A DNA stretch of 64,000 nt from Macrostomum lignano (GCA_002269645.1 NIVC01000119.1:353585-417584), one strand, 5' to 3'. Positions 1-12,917 are shown, counted from the stretch's first letter. The notes: generated by a model from the letters alone, not told the origin. Made by a program: numbers and translations.

Positions 1-951
1 TAATGTCACTGCAGGCTTCTGTCTAAAATATGTAGGCACATGGACTTGTGGGTAGTGTAGCTGCAAAGTATACTTAGTGAAGCAATAGCAGTGCATTTCA
101 GACGTGCATAGGTTGTTTATGGCCCAAGCTATCGCAAGAATACGCCAAGCAGATTTAGCAAGTGCAACGCGATGAAAAATCGTCTATGCAGCGAACAAAA
201 ATCACCATGAATCTCGACATGACGCCTGCACCAAGCAGATTCGCAAGGTGTTCAGCAGCCGGGGCTTGAATGACATCCTAAACTGCCTGGTTGCTGAGGA
301 TGAAAGCTGGCTCCACCTGGATGGCAAGGGCAGCAAGGCAGACAATCGCTGCTGGTTGGGAGCTGAGGACTCCAGGCCGATGGTGACTAGGAAGTCCATC
401 TCGGACAAGAAGACCATGCTGCTGGTAGCCTTCACGCCAAACAAACGAGTCTCCATCTGCACAACTCCACCGAACACCAAGGTCGATGGCCAGTACTTTA
501 TCGACTTTTTCCGGCACACTGGAGACCTCTGGCGCACTCTCCGGTCAAATCCATGTCACCGGGACGAAGTTCTGTGGCAGATGGACACCGCACGGCTGCA
601 CACCTGAAGGCTGTTTCGAATTTTCTGCCTGCACGGCGAGTGAATCTGCTCTGACAGTCCCTACAGCCCGGACTTCAACTTGTGCAAGAGATTCCTGTTC
701 AAATGGCTGAAGGCTGACTTTTCCAAGAAGAGTTTCGCAAACCATGAAGAGGTCAAACAGGCTGCGTTGCACTGGTTATGGCAGTTGGAGGAAAAACACC
801 TGCAGGCTGAGGTGGACTAGCTGTATGAGCACTGCCAGAGGGTGATTGATATTGGGGGACTCTATGTTGTTGAGTGGTACAGTTTTGTTCATCTGCGATT
901 GCAAGTTCGTCTGTTTTCACATCAGTGACATTACTTATGACACACCCGAAG
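1..951 (+). mobile_element. Degenerate mariner (Tc1/mariner) DNA transposon; left TIR cut by the window edge
   Basis: Bases 1-11 (taatgtcactg) are the reverse complement of 923-933, inside the right TIR cagtgacattacttatgacacacccgaag (923-951), which is followed by TA. Transposase motifs: DESW (ORF 248-607), MDTARLH (HDNARPH-like) and PYSPDFNLC (YSPDLAP-like), with stops and frameshifts. Confidence 0.9.
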
Positions 952-1025
952 TAACTAACTAACTGACTAACTAAATAACTAACTAACCAACTAACTGACT
1001 AACTGACTAACTAACTTAATTACTA
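952..1025. repeat. (TAAC)n microsatellite
   Basis: Direct reading; starts at the TA flanking the mariner TIR. Confidence 0.9.
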
Positions 1026-1456
1026 AATAAATATACAACCTCTACATTCAATAAGCATGTGATTATAAGCATAAACTTCTCTCGATTGAGACAGGGACAT
1101 CCATCGAATGTTGAAAGGCTGTCTGTCACCAGACTCCGAAAGTTCCTAATATCGAATTGCTATATTAGCAATCATAATGGGTTAGTTAGTCAGATATGAT
1201 TATTAGATTATTAAAGGAAAAGTTCCTTTACTCAAAGTTCCTGGACTGAGAGGCCACAAGAATAGATAAAAAGGTAACGAGTTATGCAAGGGAGAAAAGG
1301 GAACGAAGGGGAATACGGTATGAACTGAGTGGGTGTTCAAAACGGTAGCGGGTAGAAAGCGGGTCTCAAGGGAAAAATTATAGTGCACTGGGGCTGAGTC
1401 GAAAGCTTTGTTGAATATCACTTTTGCTGTTGGGGCGGAGCTGATAGATGACTGGG

Positions 1457-2193
1457 CAGAGGAGAGGAGAGGAGAGGAGAGGAGAGGAGAGGAGAAGAGA
1501 GAGAGGAGAGGAGAGAAGAGAGAGGAGAGGAGAGGATAGGAGAAGAGAGAGAGGAGAGGAGAGAAGAGGAGAGAGGAGAGGAGAGGAGAGGAGACGAGAG
1601 GAGAGGAGAGAGGAGAGGAGAGAGGAGAGGAGAGGAGAGGAGAGGAGAGGAGAGGAGAGAGGAGAGGAGAGGAGAGGAGACGAGAGGAGAGGAGAGAGGA
1701 GAGGAGAGGAGAGGATAGGAGAGGAGAAGAGAGAGAGGAGAGGAGAGAAGAGAGAGGAGAGGAGAGGATAGGAGAGGAGAAGAGAGAGAGGAGAGGAGAG
1801 AAGAGAGAGGAGAGGAGAGGAGAGAGGAGAGGAGAGGAGAGGAGACGAGAGGAGAGGAGAGAGGAGAGAGGAGAGGAGAGAGGAGAGGAGAGGAGAGTAG
1901 AGGAGAGGAGAGGAGAGGAGAGGAGAGGAGAGGAGAGGAGAGGAGAGGAGAGGAGAGGAGAGGAGAGGAGAGGAGAGGAGAGGAGAGGAGAGGAGAGGAG
2001 AGAGGAGAGGAGAGGAGACGAGAGGAGAGGAGAGAGGAGAGAGGAGAGGAGAGAGGAGAGGAGAGGAGAGGAGAGGAGAGGAGAGGAGAGGAGAGAGGAG
2101 AGGAGAGAAGAGAGAGGAGAGGAGAGAGGAGAGAGAGAGAGAGGAGAGGAGAGGAGAGGAGAGGAGAGGAGAGGAGAGGAGAGGAGAGGAGAG
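1457..2193. repeat. (AGAGG)n purine-rich microsatellite
   Basis: Direct reading; explains ORF 1448-1771. Confidence 0.97.
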
Positions 2194-2499
2194 ATACAGA
2201 TATGCGAACTGTGATAGAATATTTATTGTGATTGGTATATGAAATAGCTTCTTGCTCTAAAGAGAATATTAATCTAAATTTAGTTCGATTTATGATATAT
2301 CGTTACCAGAACTCAGTACAGACGGTTGCTATACAGATAAAGCTCAATTAATATTTAGTCTGAAGTTGGATTGTGATTGAAATATTAGCGATTGTGTTCT
2401 ACTGGGCCCATTTTATCGATTTTTATCGATAATGAGGTCTACTTTATAAATAATTAGGTTTTTTATCAATAATCAGTTCTACTCCATCGATAATCAGGT

Positions 2500-3700
2500 T
2501 CTAAATCGTCGATAATAAGTCTATTTCATCGATAATCAGGTCTATTTATCGATAATCATGTCTATTTCATCGATAATCAGGTCTATTTATCGATAATCAT
2601 GTCTATTTCATCGATAATCAGGTCTATTTATCGATAATCATGTCTATTTCATCGATAATCATGTCTATTTCATCGGTAATCATGTCTATTTCATCGGTAA
2701 TCAGGTCTATTTATCGATAATCAGGTCTATTTCATCGGTAATCAGGTCTATTTCATCGGTAATCAGGTCTATTTATCGATAATCAGGTCTATTTCATCGG
2801 TAATCAAGTCTATTTATCGATAATCATGTCTATTTCATCGGTAATCAGATCTATTTATCGATAATCATGTCTATTTCATCGGTAATCAGGTCTATTTATC
2901 GATAATCATGTCTATTTTATCGGTAATCAGGTCTATTTATCGATAATCAAGTCTATTTCATCGGTAATCAGGTCTATTTATCAATAATCATGTCTATTTC
3001 ATCGGTAATCAGGTCTATTTATCGATAATCATGTCTATTTCATCGGTAATCAGGTCTATTTATCGATAATCAAGTCTATTTCATCGGTAATCAGGTCTAT
3101 TTATCGGTAATCAGGTCTATTTCATCGGTAATCAAGTCTATTTCATCGGTAATCAGGTCTATTTATCGATAATCATGTCTATTTCATCGGTAATCAGGTC
3201 TATTTATCGATAATCAGGTCTATTTCATCGGTAATCAGGTCTATTTATCGATAATCATGTCTATTTCATCGGTAATCAAGTCTATTTATCGATAATCATG
3301 TCTATTTCATCGGTAATCAGGTCTATTTATCGATAATCAGGTCTATTTCATCGGTAATCAGGTCTATTTATCGATAATCATGTCTATTTCATCGGTAATC
3401 AGGTCTATTTATCGATAATCAAGTCTATTTCATCGGTAATCAGGTCTATTTATCGGTAATCAGGTCTATTTCATCGGTAATCAAGTCTATTTCATCGGTA
3501 ATCAGGTCTATTTATCGATAATCATGTCTATTTCATCGGTAATCAGGTCTATTTATCGATAATCAGGTCTATTTCATCGGTAATCAAGTCTATTTCATCG
3601 GTAATCAGGTCTATTTATCGATAATCAAGTCTATTTCATCGGTAATCAAGTCTATTTCATCGGTAATCAGGTCTATATTATCGATAATCAAGTCTATTTC
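2500..3700. repeat. 20/21-bp minisatellite (tatcgataatcaggtctatt / tcatcggtaatcaggtctatt)
   Basis: Head-to-tail units, often alternating as a 41-bp dimer; degenerate units from about 2410. Confidence 0.95.
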
Positions 3701-3726
3701 AGGTAAAGTGGCTCGCTTAACGAAAA

Positions 3727-3875
3727 GTAGATAAATAAAAGTCAATAGCAACATGAAGTTTTAGTTATTTATTTGAGTTGCCGATGCATTTTGTCCAACT
3801 ATTGGAATCATCTTCAGGGTCGAAATCAAATAAATGACTAAAACTTCATGTTGCTATTGACTTTTATTTATTTAC
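3727..3875. repeat. Long inverted repeat / foldback (46-bp arms, 49-bp loop); MITE-like
   Basis: 3731-3776 is the reverse complement of 3826-3871 with one mismatch. Confidence 0.85.
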
Positions 3876-4279
3876 AAGTCTCTTTCATCGATGAGTGGCA
3901 TTTTTATCGATAATTATGTATCATTTAAATATAGCTATAATATTGGGTCAATTAATAACAAGGATTATTAATATTTTCGTATCAATACAAGCCTAAATAT
4001 TCAGACCAATAAATGGTGGACTTACAATAAAAAATTGATAGCTTTCTGCAAAAAAAATTTATACTGAGGTTGTAAAGGCTTGAGGCTCAGATAGCAACAA
4101 AAATATTGAGGATTTCTCGAAATTCTGATAGTTAGAAAGGGAAATATTCATTTTAATATTATATTGTTACTATTATTATTATTGCTAGCCAGCTATAGTA
4201 TCCCGTGCGGTCTCATGGGAAGAAAAGGAATGTCATTATGAGATTCGAATTCTCGCATTCGAGAGAATTTCAACGCTCC

Positions 4280-4280
<1 letters not shown>

Positions 4281-4336
<56 letters not shown>
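4281..4336. repeat. (AG)n microsatellite
   Basis: Direct reading. Confidence 0.97.
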
Positions 4337-4339
<3 letters not shown>

Positions 4340-5017
4340 TAGAGAATTAAACCCTCTATACAGATCTGTGAAGCTCATGCGTGTTTATAATTTTATGCTA
4401 ATTCGTCTGCTTGCAGCTGGTGGCCTGGCCCCATGCTTGTGCTACGCTGACATTCGTATAATATTTCTATCAGCTATGGAGTTTGGCTTGACACCTTCAG
4501 CCTGGGTGTAAAGCAGTCCGAATGCATAAATTCTTTCTTTGGACAGAAAAAATTCATTTATGGACACTCGCACTATCGGGACATGATACTGATGTGTTTA
4601 CTGGATTGGTGAAGGGGTGAATGTGTGAATAGGTGAATTAGTGAATGTCTAATGGGTGAATGTGTGAATAAGATATGACTATACATAATATAAAGACTTG
4701 CTAGACATGTTAAATTGCACAGAAATGATATCCAAAGCAGGACATGCGCAGTCATATTGCACAGATAAGTACTAAACAGTAGCAATGATAAGTATGTAGG
4801 AGAATTTATTAATTTCCCGTCCAAGGGTAACCCCCAGCTGGGTGGACTCTCACGCATAATCACAACGCTGAGCTAACAGCGTATCAGATGGAAACTGGAA
4901 AGGAATTCGAATTCTGTCACGAGTCCTCGAGACTCCCTAACGAATCGTTAAGTACTTGGCTAAGCTTGAACTGTGCGTTCTGGGAAATTTACTCTTCCCA
5001 TTCTTTGGTAGCAAAAT

Positions 5018-5439
5018 ATTTTTCTGATAGTGCTGCAAAACCTTTGAGGCATTTGAATTACATGAAACAACTTCGGTTATTTTCTAATAGTGCTGCAAAA
5101 CCTTTGAGGCATTTGAATTACATGAAACAACTTCGGTTATTTTCTAATAGTGCTGCAAAACCTTTGAGGCATTTGAATTACATGAAACAACTTCGGTTAT
5201 TTTCTGATAGTGCTGCAAAACCTTTGAGGCATTTGAATTACATGAAACAACTTCGGTTATTTTCTGATAGTGCTGCAAAACCTTTGAGGCATTTGAATTA
5301 CATGAAACAACTTCGGTTATTTTCTGATAGTGCTGCAAAACCTTTGAGGCATTTGAATTACATGAAACAACTTCGGTTATTTTCTAATAGTGCTGCAAAA
5401 CCTTTGAGGCATTTGAATTACATGAAACAACTTCGGTTA
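5018..5439. repeat. 60-bp tandem repeat, 7 near-identical copies
   Basis: Unit tttctgatagtgctgcaaaacctttgaggcatttgaattacatgaaacaacttcggttat; explains ORF 4888-5451. Confidence 0.97.
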
Positions 5440-5448
5440 CATTGGACT

Positions 5449-6292
5449 TGACTTGACTTACTTGACTTAGCTGCAGGGCTGTCCCGGAGGGGACACAGCG
5501 GGAAGGCGCGGGCGCCCATTCCGCTAGTCCCTGAACGGCCGACGCGTCGCTATGGACGGAGGGTTGGCGCCGCCCAGGGAGGTCCCCCAGTGTCGCCAGC
5601 AGCTATGGTGCTCTCTGGAAAGGAGAGTTCAGCCCTGCGGGTGGCCCGAAGGTAGCGCATGAGCTGATTAAAGTTTTCGGGTTTGCACGCTTCAGTAATA
5701 GATGTGTGTGGCCCGAGGTAAGTGAGTCTGGCCCGCGTGAAGGCGGGACAGATGCTGACGAAATGCTCAGCGGTTTCGTCACCTGAGTTGCAGAAGCTAC
5801 AGGTGGCGTTGGTGGCGTTGCCCTGCAGGTGCTGGTGCCTGGAGAAGCAGCCGTGACCAGAGAGGGTCATGGTGGCAGCCCGGATGTCTCTGCGCGAGAG
5901 GCGCAAGAGGAGCTTCCGGAGCTGGTGAGAGGGCTGAGGGACAGCGCCTCTGGATTGCCTGCAGTTCGTGCGGTTCGCCCAAGTCGAGCGGTGCTGAGTC
6001 CTGATCCACGCTTTGATGCGCGAGTCGATGACACAGCCAGGAATCGGGACAAGAGGTTCGGGGCCGAGAGAGGAGCCGGAGGCACCAACTTTTGCAAGGG
6101 TGTCAGCCAACTCATTTCCTCGGATCCCCACATGCCCCGGAACCCACTTAAGGGTAATTTTGTTGGCGGAACCCAACACATTGAGGAGTTTGATACAGTC
6201 AAGGACTGTAGCAGAGTTGGTGCTGCAGCCACTGATGGCGTGCAAGGCAGCTTGGCTGTCCGAATGGAAAATGATGTTCTTACCAGTAACGC
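5449..6292 (-). mobile_element. 5'-truncated RNase H-bearing non-LTR retrotransposon (I/R1/Tad-like group), RNase H + CCHC C-terminus
   Basis: Protein has FHSDSQAAL...LKWVPGHVGIRGNELADTLAK (non-LTR RNase HI) and CSFC...ETAEHFVSICP; CDS ends at 5550. 3' tail is (CAAGT)n-like. A 15-bp TSD cggttacattggact lies at 5434-5448 and 6293-6307. Confidence 0.92.
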
Positions 6293-7100
6293 CGGTTACA
6301 TTGGACTCTCCCAGATTTACATTAGACACTAAAGAGTTACATTAGATACTCAAGAGTTACATTAGACACTCCAGATTTACATTAGACACTAAAGAGTTAC
6401 ATTAGATACTCTAGAGTTACATTAGATACTCTAGAGTTACATTAGACACTCCAGATTTACATTAGACACTAAAGAGTTACATTAGATACTCAAGAGTTAC
6501 ATTAGACACTAAAGAGTTACATTAGATACTCAAGAGTTACATTAGACACTAAAGAGTTACATTAGACACTAAAGAGTTACATTGGATACTCTAGAGTTAC
6601 ATTAGATACTCAAGAGTTACATTAGACACTCCAGATTTACATTAGACACTAAAGAGTTACATTAGATACTCAAGAGTTACATTAGACACTAAAGAGTTAC
6701 ATTAGATACTCAAGAGTTACATTAGACACTCCAGATTTACATTAGACACTAAAGAGTTACATTAGATACTCTAGAGTTACATTAGATACTTAAGAGTTAC
6801 ATTAGATGCTCAAGATTTACATTAGACACTAAAGAGTTACATTAGATACTCAAGAGTTACATTAGATACTCAAGAGTTATATTAGACACTAAAGAGTTAC
6901 ATAAGATACTCAAGAGTTACATTAGACACTCCAGATTTACATTAGACACTAAAGAGTTACATTAGATACTCAAGAGTTACATTAGACACTAAAGAGTTAC
7001 ATTAGATACTCAAGAGTTACATTAGACACTCCAGATTTACATTAGACACTAAAGAGTTACATTAGACACTAAAGAGTTACATTAGATATTGCAGAGCTAC
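6293..7100. repeat. 20-bp minisatellite (attagacactaaagagttac and variants)
   Basis: Head-to-tail units with recurrent variants; degenerate to about 7320. Confidence 0.95.
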
Positions 7101-7388
7101 AAAAGATTTTCCAGAGTACATTAGATTACTCTAATTATATTAGGTACTCCAGAGCTACAATAGACTCTCCGAAGTTACATTAGACCCTCAAGAGTGTCAT
7201 TAGAATTTTCTGAGCTACATTAGAGACTTTAAAATTACATTATAATTCTCGGATTTACATTAGAAACAATGAAAATTGCAGTAGAACCAGAGCTATTGTA
7301 TCACAGATTTACATCAGAATCCCGTTAAAAGTACATTTGAACACCGGGCTCATATGCGACACTGCTTTCCCCAATTCTCCTCTCACAG

Positions 7389-7780
7389 GCATCCTGGGCC
7401 TGTGGATTGGTTTCAGCATCGTGACTCTATTCGAATTCGCCGAATTATTCATAATATGCGCCTCATACTACTGGTACCTACTGATCAGCAAGCTGCCCAG
7501 CATCCGCAAGAGCCGGCATCCGCTTCGAATCCCAAAACCGCACCCAGTCGGCCTGCGACGCCAAATTCGCCGAGACATTGAGCTGATCTCCAACTCGGGC
7601 CAGGGGAACTCGTCATCGCAGCAGGCGTCCCCATCTCTATTGGCAACCGGCAGGCCGGCATGCACCAACAATCGAGCGCCACTGTCATCATCCTCATTTG
7701 CCAATCATCATCACCATCATCAGCTCCGGCTGGACGGCAATTCGCAGGAAACTCGGCCGCTTAGAGATGGCATGGGTTGA
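7389..7780 (+). CDS. Terminal coding exon of a DEG/ENaC/ASIC-family sodium channel (TM2 + cytoplasmic tail)
   Basis: Acceptor ttctcctctcacAG (7387-7388), then phase-1 G|GC ATC CTG = (G)GILGLWIGFSIVTLFEFAE, the conserved TM2/selectivity-filter motif. Stop at 7780; AATAAA at 7939-7944. Upstream exons not recognised in this window. Confidence 0.85.
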
Positions 7781-8054
7781 TCAGTAAAAATCAGAAATTG
7801 CTACAATTGAGTTGGACCGCCAGCCATCAATCCTTACAGTGTATTCGGTGTAACCCTGTTATTTATATAACCACATACAGGTCTCCAACCATTCAGAATT
7901 CTCCACTCTATATGCCTCTTTTGTTTTCGAGCTGCTTCAATAAAAAAATATCATCGTTTTTAAGTCATTTATCTATTTACTGAACTGGCCTGCTTTGTGT
8001 AGTGATTAACTTATTTTCGAATTTGGCAAAAATGTATTTGCATTTTAACTGCGC

Positions 8055-9720
8055 AAAACCCACCGCTGTCCTTATCTTTTCTGAACGCACAACCCTCTTA
8101 CCGCTGACCTTATCTTTTCTGACCGCACAACCCCCTGCTGTCCTTATCTTTTCTGAACGCACAACCCTCTTACCGCTGACCTTATCTTTTCTGACCGCAC
8201 AACCCCCGCTGTCCTTATCTTTTCTGACCGCACACCCCCCCCCCTGCTGTCCTTATCTTTTCTGACCGCACACCCCCCCCTGCTGTCCTTATCTTTTCTG
8301 ACCGCACACCCCCTGCTGTCGATCTTTTTTATCCGCACACCTCCCTGCTGTCCTTATCTTTTCTAACCCCACAACCCCCACCACTGTCCTTATCTTTTCT
8401 AACCCCACAACCCCCACCACTGTCCTTATCTTTTCTGACCGCACAACCCCCACCACTGTCCTTATCTTTTCTGACCGCACAACCCCCACCACTGTCCTTA
8501 TCTTTTCTGAACGCACAACCCCCTGCTGTCCTTATCTTTTCTAACCCCACAACCCCCACCACTGTCCTTATCTTTTCTGACCGCACAACCCCCACCACTG
8601 TCCTTATCTTTCCTGACCGCACAACTCCCTGCTGTCCTTATCTTTTCTAACCCCACAACCCCCACCACTGTCCTTATCTTTTCTAACCCCACAACCCCCA
8701 CCACTGTCCTTATCTTTTCTGACCGCACAACCCCCACCACTGTCCTTATCTTTTCTGACCGCACAACCCCCACCACTGTCCTTATCTTTTCTGAACGCAC
8801 AACCCCCTGCTGTCCTTATCTTTTCTAACCCCACAACCCCCACCACTGTCCTTATCTTTTCTGACCGCACAACCCCCACCACTGTCCTTATCTTTCCTGA
8901 CCGCACAACCCCCACCACTGTCCTTATCTTTTCTAACCCCACAACCCCCACCACTGTCCTTATCTTTTCTGACCGCACAACCCCCACCACTGTCCTTATC
9001 TTTTCTGACGGCACAACCCCCACCACTGTCCTTATCTTTTCTGAACGCACAACCCCCTGCTGACCTTATCTTTTCTATCCGCACAACCCCCACCACTGTC
9101 CTTATCTTTTCTGACCGCACAACCCCCTGCTGTCCTTATCTTTTCTAACCCCACAACCCCCACCACTGTCCTTATCTTTTCTGACCGCACAACCCCCACC
9201 ACTGTCCTTATCTTTCCTGACCACACCCCCCCTGCTGTCCTTATCTTTTCTAACCGCACCCCCCCTGCTGTCCTTATCTTTTCTGACCGCACCCCCCCCT
9301 GCCGTCCTTATCTTTTCTGACCGCACCCCCTGCTGTCCTTATCTTTTCTAACCCCACAACCCCCACCACTGTCCTTATCTTTTCTGACCGCACAACCCCC
9401 ACCACTGTCCTTATCTTTTCTGACGGCACAACCCCACCACTGTCCTTATCTTTTCTGAACGCACAACCCCCTGCTGACCTTATCTTTTCTATCCGCACAA
9501 CACCCACCACTGTCCTTATCTTTTCTGACCGCACAACCCCCTGCTGTCCTTATCTTTTCTGACCGCACCCCCCCCCCTGCCGTCCTTATCTTTTCTGACC
9601 GCACAACCCCCTGCTGTCCTTATCTTTTCTGACCGCACAACCCCCACCACTGTCCTTATCTTTTCTGACCGCACAACCCCCACAGCTTGTCCTTATCTTT
9701 TCTGACCTCACAAACCCCAA
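8055..9720. repeat. About 32-35-bp minisatellite (ctgtccttatcttttctgaccgcacaacccccacca)
   Basis: Head-to-tail units; explains the ORFs at 7977-9534. Confidence 0.96.
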
Positions 9721-10673
9721 CTGCTGTGTTTATCTCTTTATCTCAAACCTTTGTCAACTCCTTGCTGTTAATTGAAAGACAGCTTGAGTATCTCAACAGC
9801 TGATAAATCTTGAGCGGAATCCTGGGGTTAACAATCTTCCAAATTTGAAAACAGGTACTCAATACTTAACGACTATCCTTCCATTAGCTCCAAATCGAAA
9901 GTAAGTACTTCGAAGAAAAACTTAGCAGTTTCATTAGTTTCAGGTTACTGGATTCTTCAGTTTCGCGTCTTCTACGTAGCCTCCGACGAAAATAATTTTA
10001 ACTGAATCCATCTAGTCCATCTGCTGCGCATCCATTGTGAAACAAAAGAGAACATAAAGACTCAGGAACAAAATGGACCTCGCTATTGTTTGATCAGAGC
10101 AAAAGCGAGCCATTTAGCTTTCTATACAGTCTCCGCGTTTATTGCTCTGAATCTGCAAACCCAGGCAGACCCTGACATGATCCATGCATTAAGCGGAGCA
10201 GATCACGCGATTTACATTTGAGTGCAGACCACAGCTGCAAATAGACATCGAATTTTTATACCTGCCTCTATTCTGCCGCTTTCCCTCTCCCTCCAGCCAA
10301 AGATTGAAGAACTCGCTTTGCTGGACTTTTATCCCACTCTGTTCCTTCCTTCCTTTCTCTCCCTCTCTGCTCATCTCTCTTTCCCCTCTTCCCTTGCTGT
10401 CTCCCAATCTCTCTCCTCTACTCACTCTCCCTCTCTTCTCCCTACTGCTCCATTGTTATATATTTGTATAGCTAGTTCTTAGTTTAACTTATGTTTATTT
10501 TTAACAGATTTTTCTGAGCTGTTCGATCGCACATGGCTTTTATGGTGGACGGACATGATGATTCCGAGGTCAGATTGCAAGCTCATCCCTTTAGCAAACA
10601 ATTTTTTAGAGGTTCCTTTAGGGTATCTTATAGACAGCTGCAGCAGTTCTCACGCAACCATTCATTCATTTTG

Positions 10674-11184
10674 ACTAGAACCCAGGTGATTGACTAGAAC
10701 CCAGGTGATTGACTAGAACCCAGGTGATTGACTAGAACCCAGGTGATTGACTAGAACCCAGGTGATTGACTAGAACCCAGGTGATTGACTAGAACCCAGG
10801 TGATTGACTAGAACCCAGGTGATTGACTAGAACCCAGGTGATTGACTAGAACCCACGTAATTGACTAGAACCCAGGTGATTTTGAATAGAGAACCCAGGT
10901 GATTGACTAGAACCCAGGTGATTGACTAGAACCCAGGTGATTGACTAGAACCCAGGTGATTGACTAGAACCCAGGTGATTGACTAGAACCCAGGTGATTG
11001 ACTAGAACCCAGGTGATTGACTAGAACCCAGGTGATTGACTAGAACCAGGTGATGGACTAGAACCCAGGTGATTGACTAGAACCCAGGTGATTGACTAGA
11101 ACCAGGTGATGGACTAGAACCCAGGTGATTGACTAGAACCCAGGTGATTGACTAGAACCCAGGTGATTTTGAATAGAGAACCCA
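10674..11184. repeat. 19-bp minisatellite (gattgactagaacccaggt), left part
   Basis: Head-to-tail units; the array resumes after the RTE insertion. Confidence 0.96.
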
Positions 11185-12762
11185 ACAACAACAACAACAA
11201 CAAAATACGCGACCCCGCATGCACAGTCACAGTTAGAGCAGGGCGCGTCAGATGGCGCGCCGCAGAGCCTGGGAGCGAACAAAGTCCGCCAGCGTCGCAC
11301 AGCAGGCAGTCCACGTATCGACGGGTTCAGGTCCGCTGGGATGTCGGCCGGCACAGTCAGCACCTCGGTCTTCAGCGTGTTGACGATCAGACCAACGCTC
11401 GATGCCACCTCGACCAGCCTGTCGATCTGGCGCTGGGCGCCTTCAACGGACGAGGACAGGAGGCCGAGGTCGTCGGCGTAGCCAAGCACGCTTAGGCGCT
11501 TTTCGCCGTGGCGGCGACCGATGCGTCTGCGCAGCAGGAAGTCGTCATTATCCGAGGGGAGTGCGGTCCGAAGCACCCAGTCCAGCAGCAGCACGAAGAG
11601 GAACGGCGCTAGCGTGTCGCCCTGCAGAACTCCTGATGAAGTATCGAACAGGTCTGACAGGCCGTCCGCTGTCACCACAGCAGCTCGATTATCGCAATAC
11701 AGCGCCATGACAGCGTCGATTAGCTGTTGTCGGACCCGGTAGGCTGGAAGGACAAAGGGAAGCGCGGCTCTCAACACCGAGTCAAACGCCTTTCGAAAGG
11801 CAACGAAGACAATGATCAGCGTAGACTGGGCGGATGTGCGCCTCCTCGATGACACGGCGGAGTGCAAGAATCTTGTGTTACTGTACCGCGTTGCCGCCGG
11901 AATCCGCTCTGCTCGTACCGCAGGTACGGGTCCAGCACCGACTGCAGACGATCGAGCAGCAGCCGGTTGAAGAGCTTCGCGGTGCAGGACATCAGCGAGA
12001 TCCCGCGCTGGTCTTCTTTCCGCGTTGTCCCTGCCTTCTTCGGGATCGGCACGATGTGCGCGACGGTCCACTCGGTGGGCGCAAGAGCGCCAGCGAGCAC
12101 GCGGTTCATGACGCCTGTGACCTGGGAGGCCACACAGCGGAGCCGCAGCGCTTCGACCGGGACTTCGTCGGGGCCGAGCGCCTTGCCGCCTGATGTTTTC
12201 CGAGCGAACAGCACAACGTCCTCCGTTGTGAATGGGCTGGTGCAGAAGTCCCCAGCTGGGAGCGGCGTGTCCAGTGGGAGCGCAAAGCTGGCGGGTAGCG
12301 GCGACGCAGGCGCGTTCACGATGCTGGCGGGCGAAGAAGTCGCGCAATTCATTCCTGCGCTCCTCCGGGGTGTCGCCTGCCAGGTTCAGCGCCACGCGCT
12401 ATTTGCGCCCCGTCAGAGTCCGGACGGCCGTCCACACTGCGCGGCTCTTCACGTCGGGGCCGGCTGCAGTGATGGACCTAATGGCGTCGTCGACAGCGGC
12501 CTGCTGCCGCTCGTCAAGAAGGCGCTCAAATGCGTCTTCAGCGTCGCCTGTGGGCCTCCGGTTTCTGCGGAGTCGCTCGATGTTGAGCCGCGCCTGCCTG
12601 ATGATGGGGTCGCTCTGCCAGCCAGGCAGCGATTTTTGCGCTGGCCGCATCAGCGGGACCGTCTGCTCTGCAGCGGCTCTAACGGCGGTGCTGATGTAGG
12701 AATACTCCGCCTCGCGCTGGTCTCCAAGCGCGCCGACGAAGGCACCCGCGAATTGACGCCTC
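11185..12762 (-). mobile_element. 5'-truncated, internally deleted RTE-like non-LTR retrotransposon (RT pseudogene)
   Basis: RT motifs KALGPD, HIVPIPKK, GISLMSCTAKLFNR, EQSGFR, FRKAFDSV, GVLQGDTLAPFLF and YADD are split across frames. (GTT)n 3' tail at about 11185-11202; 10-bp TSD agagaaccca at 11175-11184 and 12763-12772. Confidence 0.92.
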
Positions 12763-12917
12763 AGAGAACCCAGGTGATTGACTAGAACCCAGGTGATTGA
12801 CTAGAACCCAGGTGATTGACTAGAACCCAGGTGATTGACTAGAACCCAGGTGATTGACTAGAACCCAGATGATTGACTAGAACCCAGGTGATTGACTAGA
12901 ACCCAGGTGATTGACTA
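12763..12917. repeat. 19-bp minisatellite, right part
   Basis: Same unit as 10674-11184. Confidence 0.95.

Noticed and set aside
4952-5007. Possible penultimate DEG/ENaC exon (YLAKLELCVLGNLLFPFFG, phase-1 end)
   Set aside because: Weak splice sites, and it lacks the expected LLSDIG-type pre-TM2 motif.
5797-6345. Overlapping alternative ORFs
   Set aside because: Shadows of the GC-rich RNase H ORF; the N-terminal MSNVNLGESNV of ORF 5550-6329 comes from flanking satellite and TSD.
11402-12785. Plus-strand GC-rich ORFs (e.g. 11862-12785)
   Set aside because: Antisense shadows of the RTE reverse transcriptase.
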